A stretch of 64,000 nucleotides of DNA from Octopus vulgaris (taxonomy: Eukaryota). Numbering within the stretch: position 1 is the first letter of the stretch; every line of letters begins with the position of its first letter. Positions 1 through 12,829 of this stretch are shown piece after piece. The stretch is from assembly GCA_951406725.2 (NCBI GenBank), contig OX597817.1:167028001-167092000 (forward strand). Direction: 5' to 3'. The notes below the pieces were generated by a model, which worked only from the letters and a program-made list of their open reading frames with translations, had not been told where the DNA came from and searched no databases. Made by a program: the position numbers and the translations under genes.

Positions 1-19
1 TGCAAGTACATCTCCATCA

Positions 20-52
<33 letters not shown>

Positions 53-420
53 ATATATATATGTGTGCATTGGGGTCATCATTACCTTTATTATTATTAT
101 TATTATTATTGTTATTATTATTATTATTATTATCATTATTGTTGTTGTTGTTGTTGTTGTTGTTATTATTATTACCTCCCTTTCTTTCATTCAACCTCTT
201 TTTTCCAGTCACCTCGCCATGTTGGACCGTTGAACCCCACATTTCTTTTCTCTCTCCGTTTTTTTTTTCCATTCTCTCTCCATTTTTTCCTCTTAATCCT
301 TTCTGTCGAAGAGTGTACGTAAAAGACTTTTCCATTCTTCACGAGCGTTAAACTAATACACCTGCTTGTTGTTCATAAACCTGAACTATAAATTTGAACT
401 ATATATATGTGTGTATGTGT

Positions 421-484
421 AGAAGAAGAAGAAGAAGAAGAAGAAGAAGAAGAAGAAGAAGAAGAAGAAGAAGAAGAAGAAGAA
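421..484 (+). repeat. (GAA)n microsatellite
   Basis: Pure trinucleotide run. Confidence 0.95.
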
Positions 485-509
485 ACTGGAGATAAGTAAG
501 TTAATACTT

Positions 510-806
510 GGTTATTATTAACAATTGGTTATCTTAGCTCCTTACAGTCGTTTCAATTAATACTCAATAATTTAATAACAAATTTGCACATTAAATTTAC
601 ATTTATGTAACATGGGTATAATTTCATCAGAGGATAATATGGGCTAGGCTAAAGCCCAAATATCACAAAGTTACATGATTTTTCCTCTGATGAAATTATA
701 CTCATCTCACATAAATGTAAATTAAATATGCAAATTTTAATTAAATTATTTGAGTATTCATTAAAACGGCTGTAAGAAGAGAAGATGACCAATTTGTTAA
801 TAATAA
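510..806. repeat. Imperfect inverted repeat (arms about 510-635 and 682-806), PLE pLTR-like
   Basis: Arms are diverged reverse complements, each with a hammerhead core. The plus copy has AAAAC instead of GAAAC. Confidence 0.8.
539..634 (-). ncRNA. Type I hammerhead ribozyme motif
   Basis: Minus strand: TCCT-CTGATGA-(AATTATACCCA...TGAGTATTAATT)-GAAAC-GACT-GT-A-AGGA. Helix I TCCT/AGGA, intact core, GUA cleavage triplet. Confidence 0.7.
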
Positions 807-969
807 ACAGAAATTCCTTATCTTCATTTTGTTATCTCCTCTCAAATGGATATAAACTATATATATACCATCTGTTTTAAGGGAATTTCATTCCCCAAAA
901 CACTAGGTATTGAAGCAGTATCTTCTTGGATGTAATCATCCAAGTTAATCACTAGGTTAACATATCCTC

Positions 970-1004
<35 letters not shown>

Positions 1005-1464
1005 GAAATTTACAGAAAAAAACAAAAAAAAAAGACATAGACGCACGGGAAGGTGAGAAAGTATGTTACGTTTCGAGCTTACGCTCTTCAACAGAGAGGA
1101 ACACGAAGAAATAAACAGAGAGAAATGAAAAAAAAAACAATCATTGCGACTGGTGAGAGAACACAAAAAAGAGAAGAAAAGGAAAAAGAGAGAGAGAGGC
1201 AAAATAACAACCTACGGAGTAACAAAAACAGAAAGCTCAAAAATGTTCAAAAGGGTTCAAAAGTCATGGTGTATTGGAGTGAATTTTCATCAATGGAAGC
1301 ATCCAGTGAAATCCATATGTATATCCAATAGTAATCCGTGAGGAATGCTGGTATGTAGATGAGGAGAGGTGCCGAAAGTTCAGGTAGTAGTAAGTCTGAA
1401 GTGTGTGAGGATAAAACTGGTGTGATCACACACACTCACACACACACATACATACACACACACA

Positions 1465-1488
1465 CACTGTGGAGAGACTTTTTGAACA

Positions 1489-1524
<36 letters not shown>

Positions 1525-3991
1525 CACTGTGGAGAGACTTTTTGAACACTGTGTATATATATATATATAAACTTAGATAAACTTAGATGTGTTTCGACCA
1601 ATGATTGGTCCAGGCCATGTCTAACTTAATAGCACCACCTGATAGGATTATTTGAATCCTGTTTAAGTCAAGTTTTGCTTATGGTCCATTCAAGTAGTGA
1701 GTTTTTGTTGGGTGAGTTGTATCCAATTATGGGTGGCTTATCTGGTATTCTTTGAAGGAATCTATCCAGACTCTGTTTAAAGTTAATGGGATCCTGTTCC
1801 TCTTTGATCTCTTTCGGGACAATGTTAAATAGGGCAGGGCCTGTTGAGGAAAAGAAATTATGTTGTAGTGTATAAGTATGCTGGGATCTTGAATTGGGCA
1901 GGAGACGTATGGCCCGTGGTCCCAGTCTTGGATGAACATTGAAGCTTATGTTCAGGTCGTTTGGGCAAAGTTGGCGGTATATTCTCCACATCGTACAAAT
2001 GATGTACCGCTCACGGCGACGCTGGAGAGAGTAGAATTTCAAGGCTTTAAGGCGATCCCAATAATCGAGAGCAGCCATGCCTTCAATTCGTTTAGTGAGT
2101 GCTCTCTGGGGTGATTCAATCCTCGAGATGTTTTGTCTTGTATGGGGAGACCACAGTGGGCAGAAGTATTCGAGGTGTGGCCGTACAAAGGAGGAGAAAA
2201 GTGGTATGATGACACCTTGTTCTCTGGACCGGAAAGTTCTTAAGATCCAGGAACTCATCCTACGAGCTATATCGACCTTCTTGTTGATGTGTGCACTCCA
2301 ACTGAGATCGTCATCAACAATTACACCTAGGTCTCTGATGTTGTTAGAGGCTGTGAGCGGTTCCCCTGAAGGAAGAGAGTATGGCTGTTTTAGTGAGGAA
2401 TTTCTTCCAAAATGCATCAGCTCAAATTTTCCCTCGTTCAGTTGCATTTTGTTTCTGTCTGCCCATTGACTCACAGCATATAGATCAGACTGGAGTTGAG
2501 TTCGGTCTGCTTCTTCATTGACGATTTGCTGGAGCTTGGTGTCATCAGCAAATATTTTCACTTTGCAGTAATGTACGACACTGGAAAGGTCGTTTATGTA
2601 GATTATGAAGAGTAGCGGACCCAAGACAGTCCCCTGGGGGACACCGCTGGTGACTTTTGCTGGGCTTGAGTGGACTCCATCAACTACAGCATGTTGTGTT
2701 CTATTCGCCAGGAAATACTTGATCTAGTGTAGAACTTTTCCACGGATTCCAACATTTGCCAATTTTGAGAGTAGGATATTATGGTCTACCCTGTCGAACG
2801 CTTTACTGAAGTCAAGATATATGACATCAGAGTTCGAACCTGTTCCCAAGGCTTTGAGTACATCTTCAATGTGGTGTAAGAGCTGTGTTAGACAGTCCCT
2901 GCCACAGCGAAAGCCATGCTGATTTGCATTTAGGAGTTTGTGGGTCTCCAGGAAGTCAGCCATCCTTGATCTTAACACTCTTTCAAACACTTTGATGATG
3001 TGGGAGGTGAGTGAGATTGGGCGATAGTTGTGTGCGAGGGATCTGTTTCCCTGTTTGAAAACCGGGATGACTGACTGGGATAGAAACTGTTTTGGTATAT
3101 AACCTGCATCTAACGAATTTCTCCAGAGGTTGGTCAGAAGGACTGCAAGTTGGTGTCTACATTCCTTCAGGAGACTAGCGGGGAATCTATCAGGGCCTAC
3201 AGCAGAGTAGTATTTGACCTCATTTATTGCTGCTACGATGTCAGTGGGAGTGAAGGTTATGTCTGAGATTTTATGTTGGGAATCAACTTCGTTCGCTTCT
3301 CTTACGTCAATATCAGTGGGAACACTAAAGACAGAGCAGTATTGTTTCTGCAGTATTTCTGCCATTTCTTTAGCATCGTGTTGGGGAATGCCGTTAGCAT
3401 CAATCAATGGCCCAATGGGTGAGACAGTGGTTCTATGCTTATTTGCATAGGAATAGAAAACTTTTGGGTTCTGTTTGATGTTTTTGATTACCCACTGTTA
3501 CTCCGCAGCTCTTTGATTTTCAATGGAGGTTTTCATGTCGTTCTGCAGATGAAGTTTTTCCAGCTCTAGCCTTTTCATTGTTGTTGAACGTGGATGTTGT
3601 TTGTGGAGATATTTTAATTGGTTGATTTTTTTTGTTAAGTCTTTTGATGCGCCTGATGAGTGTTTTCTTCTTTTTAGGGAGCTGATATCTGTTTGTGTTA
3701 GTAGATTTCGTGGGAGCGTGTTTAGAGCATGTATATGTGACAATGTTTTCAAAGTGCTGCCATGCGGTCTCAAAATATATATATAAAATTCACTGTGAGG
3801 AGACATTTTGAACACTGTGTATAATATATATATATATAAAATTCAATGTGAAGAGACTTTTTGAACACTGTGTATATATATATATACATATAAAATTCAC
3901 TGTGGAGAGACTTTTTGAACACCGTGTATATATATATATATATATATATATAATTCACCCTATAGAGACTTTTTGAACACTGTGTATATAT

Positions 3992-4062
<71 letters not shown>

Positions 4063-4192
4063 CACTGTGGAGAGACTTTATGAACACGGTGTATATATAT
4101 AGATATATAATATTCACTGTGGAAATACTTTTTGACCACTGTGTATATATATATTTATATATAAAATTCACTGTGGAGAAAGTTTTCGAACA

Positions 4193-4252
<60 letters not shown>

Positions 4253-4384
4253 CACTGTGCAGAGACGTTTTGAACACTGTGTATAAATATATATATATAT
4301 ATAAAATTCTCTGTGAAGAGACTTTTTGAACACTGTGTTTATATATATATATATAACATTCACTGTGGTGAGACTTGTTGAACA

Positions 4385-4400
<16 letters not shown>
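1465..4400. repeat. Composite minisatellite: ~35-bp core AAAATTCACTGTGGAGAGACTTTTTGAACACTGTG plus variable (TA)n, ~12 units, interrupted by a LINE
   Basis: Two units at 1465-1568 and about ten at 3785-4400. Confidence 0.9.
1569..3772 (-). mobile_element. 5'-truncated CR1-type LINE, ORF2 reverse transcriptase and C-terminus
   Basis: Single frame (ORFs 3498-3815, 2724-3407, 1668-2624) broken only by TAA at 3498-3500 and TAG at 2724-2726. Motifs NYRPISLTS, QHGF, YLDFSKAFD, GVPQGTVLGPLLF, FADD. Tandem 3' tail (ATCTAAGTTT)2. Confidence 0.92.
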
Positions 4401-4430
<30 letters not shown>

Positions 4431-5280
4431 TATATACATTTATATATATGTACTTAAAATTAGCACGAAGCATAAGGATGCAAAAAAGCATGAACCTCAT
4501 GTTGTTTATATCCTCCCTGGTGGGATTGATGCATTCTTCCACATTCTTTTTTATTGAACTTACATCAACTGAATCAAAAACGTCCTGCCTACCACCTTTC
4601 TACATTTAGATATATTCATAAACGTAATTCTACAAGTCTTAGTAAACTAATTTGGCATCTCAAAGACCGTACTAAACAATTTTGTTAGGGTTGGAAAATT
4701 TTATCATGATCATTTCCCTATGATAAAGGGAAATCATTCTGCTCTTTTTTTTACGGACGGGAAACTATCCTTTTTTCCAAACACACACTAGTCAACGCCT
4801 ATAAAGAACGTGTTTATAGGTGTTTACTTTGGAAAAAACACTCTTTCAGCTATTTCAAATAATATCTACCCACTTACCTAATATCTGCAACTTAATCTTT
4901 ATTCTTTCATCCCATACCTCCTATTCGTTCCTTCATCTTTTCTATTTATCTGTCATTCACTTTCTTATTGTTTACAACTTCATTTATCCTTTAATTTTTC
5001 TTTCTCCCTTCCTTTGCTTCTCTCACTGGTAATTTTAAAATACATCATATAATCTATGTGTTACAAACTATTCTGAAAACATACAACCACACTTAACCAT
5101 AAATTCTTCTAACTACGTTTTATACAGTTTTAATATGACGCCGTTAAATTATATTCGAGACCCACAATGAAAATATTGTAATGTGTAACTGATTACCCAA
5201 CAGAGTCAAAATTTAGACACAAGATATTTATGTTTGCAGAAAGACAGAAGCTACATACAATAGGTTTACAAATGCGTTAC

Positions 5281-5442
5281 CTTTGACGGATAATTTTCTC
5301 GTTTGTTTCTTTATTATATCCTTTTTCTTGTCCGGGAAAATGCACAGGGTGAAAGAAAACAATACGGAGACCATGCCAAATACGACAAAACCGAGCCACC
5401 ATGCTCCGATCCATTCTGGATTTAAAGGGGTTATGTTTGTAG
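5281..5442 (-). CDS. SLCO: SLCO/OATP exon 5 (OATP signature, TM6)
   Basis: NPEWIGAWWLGF matches the OATP superfamily signature D-x-RW-(I/V)-GAWW-x-G-(F/L). Acceptor gttttag, donor AAG|GTAACG, 162 bp, phase 1 to 1. Confidence 0.95.
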
Positions 5443-5873
5443 CTAAAACATAGAAATATATATATATATATATAACAATACACACAAAATAAACTACCGT
5501 CCGTTATATCTTTTACTTGTTTCTGTCATTGAACTGTAGTCATGTTGGGGCATCGTCTTGAAGGGTGTTAGGGTGTTGTGGAGCAAATCGACTGAGCATA
5601 ATATATTTATATATTTGTGTACAATCTTATTTAATATGTTCGTAAACATTCGGACTTGAAAACACAAAACGCTGCACAAGTTGTTTCGAGAGAAAAAAAA
5701 TCCCTTTATGGACGTTATGTGTGTAAACACACTATTAGGCCATGAATCACGTTATCAAACCGTAGGACATATGCATTTCTTTGTCACCATGCTTGATCAG
5801 CTACGTATACCGAGCCTTTGTTCATGGCCATAAAGAGCTGGTCGCTCTTATGTTAGAATAGCAAATAGTACGT

Positions 5874-6227
5874 AGGCGTAGGAGTGGCTGTGTGGTAACT
5901 AGCTTGCCTACCAACCACATGGTTCCGGGTTCAGTCCCACTGCGTGGCACCTTGGGCAAGTGTCTTCTACTAACTGAAAGAAACCCGTCGTATATATGTG
6001 CATATATATGTATGTGTGTGTATATGTTTGTGTGTCTGTATCGCTTGACAACCAGTGGTGTGTTTACTTCCCCATAACTTAGCGGTTCGGCAAAAGAGAC
6101 CGGTAGAATAAGTACTAGGCTTACAAAGAATAAGTCCTGGGGTCGATTTGCTCGACTAAAGGCGATGCTCCAGCATGGCCACAGTCAAATGATTGAAGCA
6201 AGTAAAGGAGTAAAAAAGTAAAAGAGT
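5874..6227 (+). mobile_element. SINE family A (tRNA-derived head, internal microsatellite, (AAAGAGT)-like tail), internally deleted copy
   Basis: Head GGAGTGGCTGTGTGGTAA...GGTTCAGTCCC (A/B-box-like). More than 12 homologous copies in the window. Confidence 0.9.
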
Positions 6228-7271
6228 ACATTTGCTGATGTGCGAAAAGGTTTATCCATCCAGAATATATTAATCATAAACAAACTAAACAGCATTTAAT
6301 CAAATATACTTATGTACAGTCATATTTAACATGTTTGTGTACATTAGGATATGGAAAGACGATACGCTGTACGAGTCGTCTCGGAAGAAATCCCCCTCAG
6401 AGACAATATGGGTGTAAACACACCAATAGGCCATGAATAAGTCCACAAACCGTACGACTTGAGAGCATGTACAATGTCTCTGCTGATTGCTTTCGTTGCC
6501 TATGTAATCGCGAGTAAATATAGATATCCTCTCGGTTCTTCCTCATTTCGCCCAGTGAAATATCTATGACGTAATACCTGAAAGGAGATGGGGAAGCACT
6601 AGTAGTCGGCTTGTACTCAGTTTTTGGCTTGATTAACGGAAACAATATAAAATGAAGTGCCTTACTCAAAGAGACAATGCATTGCCCGGTCAAGCAATCG
6701 AGCTTACGCCCCTATAACCGTGCTGTCAATACCTTAACTACTATGGCAAGCACATTTACACACACACACACACAGACACACACACAAATACACTTAATAC
6801 ACTTATTCAATATCGGTTTGTCAGATGAAAGGGCAGAGCCTATAACTCCCTTCGTTGAGAAAGATTTCCTCAAATCTCAAAACCTGACTCAGATTTTTAT
6901 AACAGAAAAAAGTGGACTCCGCTAAAGGTCCCCATGGTATGAGCTAGTGGTGTTAGCCTGAGTGATGGGTAAAGTCTACCACCAATCTAATCCAAAGTGA
7001 GATTTGAACTCAGCATGTAAAGGGCCTACACTAATATCACAAGGTACTCTGTCAGATATTCTCACGACTCTGTTAGTAAGCTGTTGTGGACTAGTAATAT
7101 ATTTATTGGCCAGCGGAAAGGAAAAGAATAAAATTCATTTCTACGGAATTTGAACTCCGAACGCTAGGTGCCGAAATATACAGCAATGATTAGTTTTTCC
7201 GAAGCTTAAAGTGTTCCATTTATTCTAATCTAGAATTTAAGAAAAAGTTAGGTAAAGCATTATATACTCAC

Positions 7272-7358
7272 GTTCTAGTGTCACATAAATCCTGCTGACC
7301 ATTCCTCCTATAATGAACGCCGTAACTGGGCCAATCACGCCAATAGCAGTAAGAATAC
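7272..7358 (-). CDS. SLCO: SLCO/OATP exon 4 (TM5)
   Basis: [28 protein letters not shown] matches the OATP GP..GF..GG....IYV motif. AAG acceptor, donor AAC|GTGAGT, 87 bp, phase 1 to 1. Confidence 0.9.
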
Positions 7359-7382
7359 CTTCATGATAAGATGTATATATAT

Positions 7383-7501
<119 letters not shown>

Positions 7502-7757
7502 AAATATATATATATATATATATATATATAATCAATTAAAAAAACAATCAGAGGAAAAATGAAAAAGAAAAAAACCAAACGAACGTGAGGACGTATCACA
7601 AACAATGAATTAACATGACGCCCGGAGAAAGAAACGAGTTGTTTTGCATTTCGAGCATGGCTCTTAGGCGGAAACAGGAAGGAACGGGAAGTCCAAATGG
7701 AAAGAAGGAAGGAGGAAAATCGCCAACAGTCAGTTCATGTGCGGTTACATTTCTGAA

Positions 7758-7815
<58 letters not shown>

Positions 7816-8416
7816 GAGAAACATGCTTAAATCAATAAAACATCAACTATCCGATAATACCCAATCAATACTTTAATACACCATTACATATGAGTAAAGG
7901 CATTCAAAATATACAGTAATAGTAAAAGTAAAAAGACAAAGAGATATAAGTAAAAAATTTCAAATATAATATGTAATTGTTCTGTTTACCTTCCATTATT
8001 GTACCAATGAGTATTATATTATATAAGTGTAGCATTATGATGTATAAGTTTTTATATTTTACATTTTTATATTTTTATATTTATATGTATATGGTTATAT
8101 AATATTTTTCACAATTATAACAAATTTAATTTAATTCTCTGAAGAGGCCGTGGGGCATCCTTGTTAATGCCTCATTTATACCTGCCTTTATGGTTTATAG
8201 GTTAAATGAGGTATGACTGCCCTCACTGCCGAAACAGCTGTCAGTTTTGATTTAATTACATATTATATTTGAAATTTTTTACTTATATCTCTTTGTCTTT
8301 TTACTTTTACTATTACTGTATATTTTGAATGCCTTTACTCATATGTAATGGTGTATTAAAGTATTGATTGGGTATCATCGGATAGTTGATGTTTTATTGA
8401 TTTAAGCATGTTTCTC
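7816..8416. repeat. Near-perfect 163-bp inverted repeat (7816-7978 / 8254-8416) enclosing a hammerhead
   Basis: Arms are reverse complements with about one mismatch. The module is flanked by (TA)n. Confidence 0.92.
8137..8244 (+). ncRNA. Type I hammerhead motif with ~85-nt helix II
   Basis: CT-CTGAAGA-GGCcGTGGGGCA...TGCCCTCACtGCC-GAAAC-AGCT-GT-C-AG. Palindromic helix III ACAGCTGT. Helix I is only 2 bp. Confidence 0.7.
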
Positions 8417-8607
8417 CATTCTCTAATTTTGTAGTATTAATTTACGGTAATATTATTACCTTTACCCATATAATACAATAGATGAACTGATTGTTTGACA
8501 ATTTTTAACATCTATGTATTAGTCTTGTTGGGTACCTATCTGGCAGTATATTGGATATATATTATCCCATGGTGGGTTGAATTCTCAACCCCTATCTCAT
8601 TTTATAA

Positions 8608-8684
<77 letters not shown>

Positions 8685-8774
8685 AATAAATGAAAGAATG
8701 GAGTCGAACGAAGATGTTAACAAAATTCCTTTACTCTCGACATGCTGACGATAAACATAGGATAATTCATTCAC

Positions 8775-8830
<56 letters not shown>

Positions 8831-9285
8831 GCCTGTATGGGTACAGGAAGTCACCAACGGTGAAAATAATATGAAATACGTAAACAAACGAGGGAAATAT
8901 GTAATTATCGAGAAAAAAAAGGAAAACAGGACAAGTTGTCGGCTGTCTATCTACTCCTCATTTCGAGCATTCAACGACAATATGAGTTCTTCAAAGACAG
9001 TTGCTCTCATAAATTCTAAAATAAAATTTTGGATTTATGGAGGGTCAAAGTTGGGAACCAAACAAATGACAGTGGAGACATACAAAGAAACCGAACGAAA
9101 ACAAACATGGAAGAATCGTTAGACCAGAAGAAGAGGAAACTAGTGAACGTCGGGAGAAACATATTTTAAAGAGGAAAGATAAAAGAAACAGAAAAACACA
9201 TCCGCTCGTTTAAATGTCGTTGCAAGAAAAGAAAGATGGTCACGTGGGAAAATGAAAGATGGACGATGGTCATATGTGAGCAACG

Positions 9286-9331
<46 letters not shown>

Positions 9332-10009
9332 TCTATATTTTCTTACCCTATATTAATTTTAAGAAATGATTTTAGCAATTTCTGAAGTTTAATCGGAATT
9401 TTTATTTGCTGCCGACTGAAACTGCGCTTGCGCGGTGGTTTTGAAAAATTATAATATATAAGGATGAGCCACGTGTTATTTTGTCTCTAATTTATATGTT
9501 AATGATTGGCGTACCCGCTGATGAGAACTTCACCTTGCAAATTATTAAGGTCCGGCTGTAAAACATGGTAAATGTTTATATTGTTCATTCCCTTCGAAAT
9601 TGCTCTTAACTGTGGTTTGGACTTTTTGACTGTTTCTTCTAGATGACCTGTTAAGGCTCACCTATTTTGTGTTTAAATGTACACTAATTTATATATGTAT
9701 ATATATGTGTGTGTGTGTGTGTGTATGTATGCATATATGTGAGTGTATATGTATGAACATGTGTATCTATGTATATATATACTATATATAATAGAGAGAT
9801 TGATACATACATACACATACACACATACATACAGATATTAAAAAAATTAATATACAAATATATAGTCCTACTTACAATAAAAACGATATCAAAATTATAT
9901 ACACAGAATAGGTGGAGTGTAAAAAATATCATAAATCCATATAGAGGTTTATGACTCGTTAAAATCCGACGGCCGTTTCTTGGGGCATAGTTGTACAAAG
10001 ATGCAATAG

Positions 10010-11202
10010 AGTTTAAGTGCTATTAATCTAATACCACCACCTCCTTCTTAAGGGAATTTTCCTACATGCACAATACTATTTTCAAGAATAAAATAGCACA
10101 TCTCTTCCCCGATAGTAACCCTAGCTATATGTCTATGACCTTCTCTTCTCACCATTTAAAGAACACAAGAAGACTGCTTTCAAATTATATATGTCAGCAC
10201 CATTGGCACCTTCGGTCTAATGGTAACTCTAAATATCCCCATATTGATCTGCCCACTATAAACACACAGGTAAAAACACCTATCCCCAGAAAACGTGAAA
10301 TCTTATGGTTAGCTCCGCCGTTCTCCCTAGTGGTCAGATAACTGCTATAATTATTTCTTAAATTTTAAATTCAAACTTTCCACCACAGCATAAGTATTGT
10401 TCCATGTTCAATAAATCTTCAATAACAATATCTTACTCCACCGGACCAAACCACGGATCTATCATAGCTGCTCTCAATAGTCGCAAACTCCGAGGCAAAT
10501 CAATTTAACATATAAATCCTTATATAGCACCCGAAAGGAATCCGGACAATAATAGTACCACAACTACTAACAACTTTCCAATGCTAAGTACTTCTAAAAG
10601 GAAAACAGTATCTCGCAACCCTAATTACCAAATAATGAATACCAGTTCCAACAGAACCAGCCAGTCGAAGTGTGTTATAAACTCAGACTTAGACCCACAC
10701 TTACCGACGACAGGTCAACCTAGATTAACGTCACTAGGACGACATTCTCTCATACAGACAACACATTTTGCAATTGACGTGCATCCAATTTATGCCCTCT
10801 TGAAGGCTTTTGCTTACGCAAAAATGTGATATATAAATGCACTGTGTTGACAACTTGCAACCACCAAGCAATAATATATATTGGGAACCCAGTAGAGTTT
10901 GAGCGTAGATATCGTAAACATATTAATTCTTTTATTAATCCTAAAACCGAATTTTCTACTTCTTTAGCTACACATATCCATAATCTCAAAGCGCAAAATA
11001 TACAATACAATCTATCTTGATCAACAGTAACAGAAGACCCCCTTACAATTCATATATACGTAAATGTAATCTTTCCATTAGGGAATTCTTAACAATTCTT
11101 CGCACGCACAATTACTCAATGTTAAATAGGTTTTCAGACGTCATCTTCTCTTGTAGACACTGGTATTATTCGACCCTTAGACATTTGGCTAACTCTTCAT
11201 AG
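10010..11202 (+). mobile_element. Decayed Penelope-like element (Naiad-type), RT-EN linker and GIY-YIG endonuclease
   Basis: RKREILWLAPPFS; CN*R...CPLEGFCL; VIYKC...IYIG...RYRKH...TSLATHIHNLK; C-terminal KCNL...MLNR...SCRH. Frameshifted. Confidence 0.85.
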
Positions 11203-11294
11203 CTACACAATAAATCATTATTCCATTAAATCTGAAATATAAAAGCTTGGTTTATGTCTTCTCCAACCATCCACCTCTAACATTAATAATAACT

Positions 11295-11680
11295 ACTTCT
11301 TTACTACCCACAAGGAGCTAAACACAGAGAGGACAAACAAGGACAGACAAACAGATGAAGTCGATTAAATATCGACCCCGAAAGGATGAAAGGTAAAGTC
11401 GACCCCGGCAGAATTTGAACTCAGAACGTACAGACACATGAAATATCTATTTCTTTACTACCCACAAGGAGCTAAACACAGAGAGGACAAACAAGGACAG
11501 ACAAACGGATTAAGTCGATTATATCGATCTCAGTGAGTTACTGGTACTTATTTAATCGACCCCGAAAGGATGAAAGGCAAAGTCGACCTCAGCGGAATTT
11601 GAACTCAGAACGTAGCGGCAGACGAAATACCGCTCAGCATTTCGCCCGGTGTGCTAACGTTTCTGCCAGCTCGCCGCCTT
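11295..11680 (-). mobile_element. SINE family B, dimeric
   Basis: Head AAGGCGGCGAGCTGGCAGAAACGTTAGC, B-box GTTCAAATTCC, central GCCTTTCATCCTTTCGGGGTCGAT domain. Two body units. Confidence 0.9.
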
Positions 11681-11740
11681 ACATTAATAACATTAATAAT
11701 AACTTCATCTCAATAGTCATATATCTAATATATCACTTAC

Positions 11741-11965
11741 TAATATATGCATTTGTGTACACAGACTCGGTGTTGTCATCTATATAGGCAGTTGTTAGGG
11801 CAGTTCTTGGGGATTTACATACTCCGATGAAAAATGTTGACATTAGTATTATTCCGAAAGCAATGTTTTTTGAATAGGTCGTTTCATCGACTTCATTTTG
11901 TACACAAGTTTCATTGGTATTCATTGAACGTTCACAGTAGGACAATTCTTTTTCAACGATTATCA
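11741..11965 (-). CDS. SLCO: SLCO/OATP exon 3 (extracellular loop 2, TM4, YIDD motif)
   Basis: IAFGIILMSTFFIGVCKSPRTALTTAYIDDN...AYI. Acceptor tttacaacag, donor TTA|GTAAGT, 225 bp, phase 1 to 1. Confidence 0.92.
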
Positions 11966-12829
11966 CTGTTGTAAATAGAAAAAAGTAAATAATACAATCA
12001 AGCAATCGATAGGTTAATTTGTTAATTAGTCCACTAATTGGCCAATCATAATAATAAAAGGAAACGAAATAGACCTACTGCATGTAATTTTATCAAAAAT
12101 GTCCCTCATGATTATACAGCAGAATCTGTCCCGCTGCATGATATTAAAATAGTCATCTTTGTATCATACTTAATGTATATACATCGTTGACAGGCAAGTT
12201 ATTGAAATTTCCGTCCGAGATTGCAGCTCATATGTGCGTACTATGTTTGACAACACAATGTATATTGGAGCAAGGAAACAAATCGTCCATGAAACGGGTT
12301 GCGAAAATACCAGATGCATTTCGGCCTTACATCGAATGTGTTGCAAAAAATATACTATAACAAATTAGATATTGTACATGCATGTTTTCACCTTTGGGTA
12401 TTAAATTTTTGCCAAAATACTTAAGGAGCAAGGAACAAAAATACCAAAAGGTAGGCTTCTTTCAAAGCTGTTTACATAATACCTTTATTCAACCTACTCT
12501 AACCTCTCAACAATATATCTATGTATACCTTATATCTTGCCAACGTTGACGGTGACAACCCTAAACTACTACACTTACCATTCAAAAAGACAAGGGTTTC
12601 TCGTGGTAACGGTAAAGGGTGAATTATTAGATGCACGTTTTCAGGCAATAAACGATAGAAGATCAGCTGTAGGGCAAAAGTTTGTTGGCGATAAAGATTC
12701 TAACACGTTCTCCACACCATTACCATCGTACTAGTGTTATTACCGATACTAACACTATTATGATAAAATGTAAGACAGAGATCTTCCACATTATCAACCA
12801 TTCGATTTCCATTAAAAAAAAAAAAAAGT

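Noticed and set aside
1465-4400. CRISPR array
   Set aside because: The spacers are just (TA)n, there are no cas genes, and the context is eukaryotic.
1-5280. Further SLCO exons (TM7 onward, Kazal-like loop)
   Set aside because: No OATP-like translation with splice sites was recognised; they are presumably left of the window.
9518-9610. CTGATGAG...GAAA hammerhead candidate
   Set aside because: No convincing helix I or helix III/NUH arrangement.
11203-11290. SECIS element after the Naiad-type ORF
   Set aside because: No AUGA/GA kink-turn stem with apical AA is evident, and the region is cut by a SINE.
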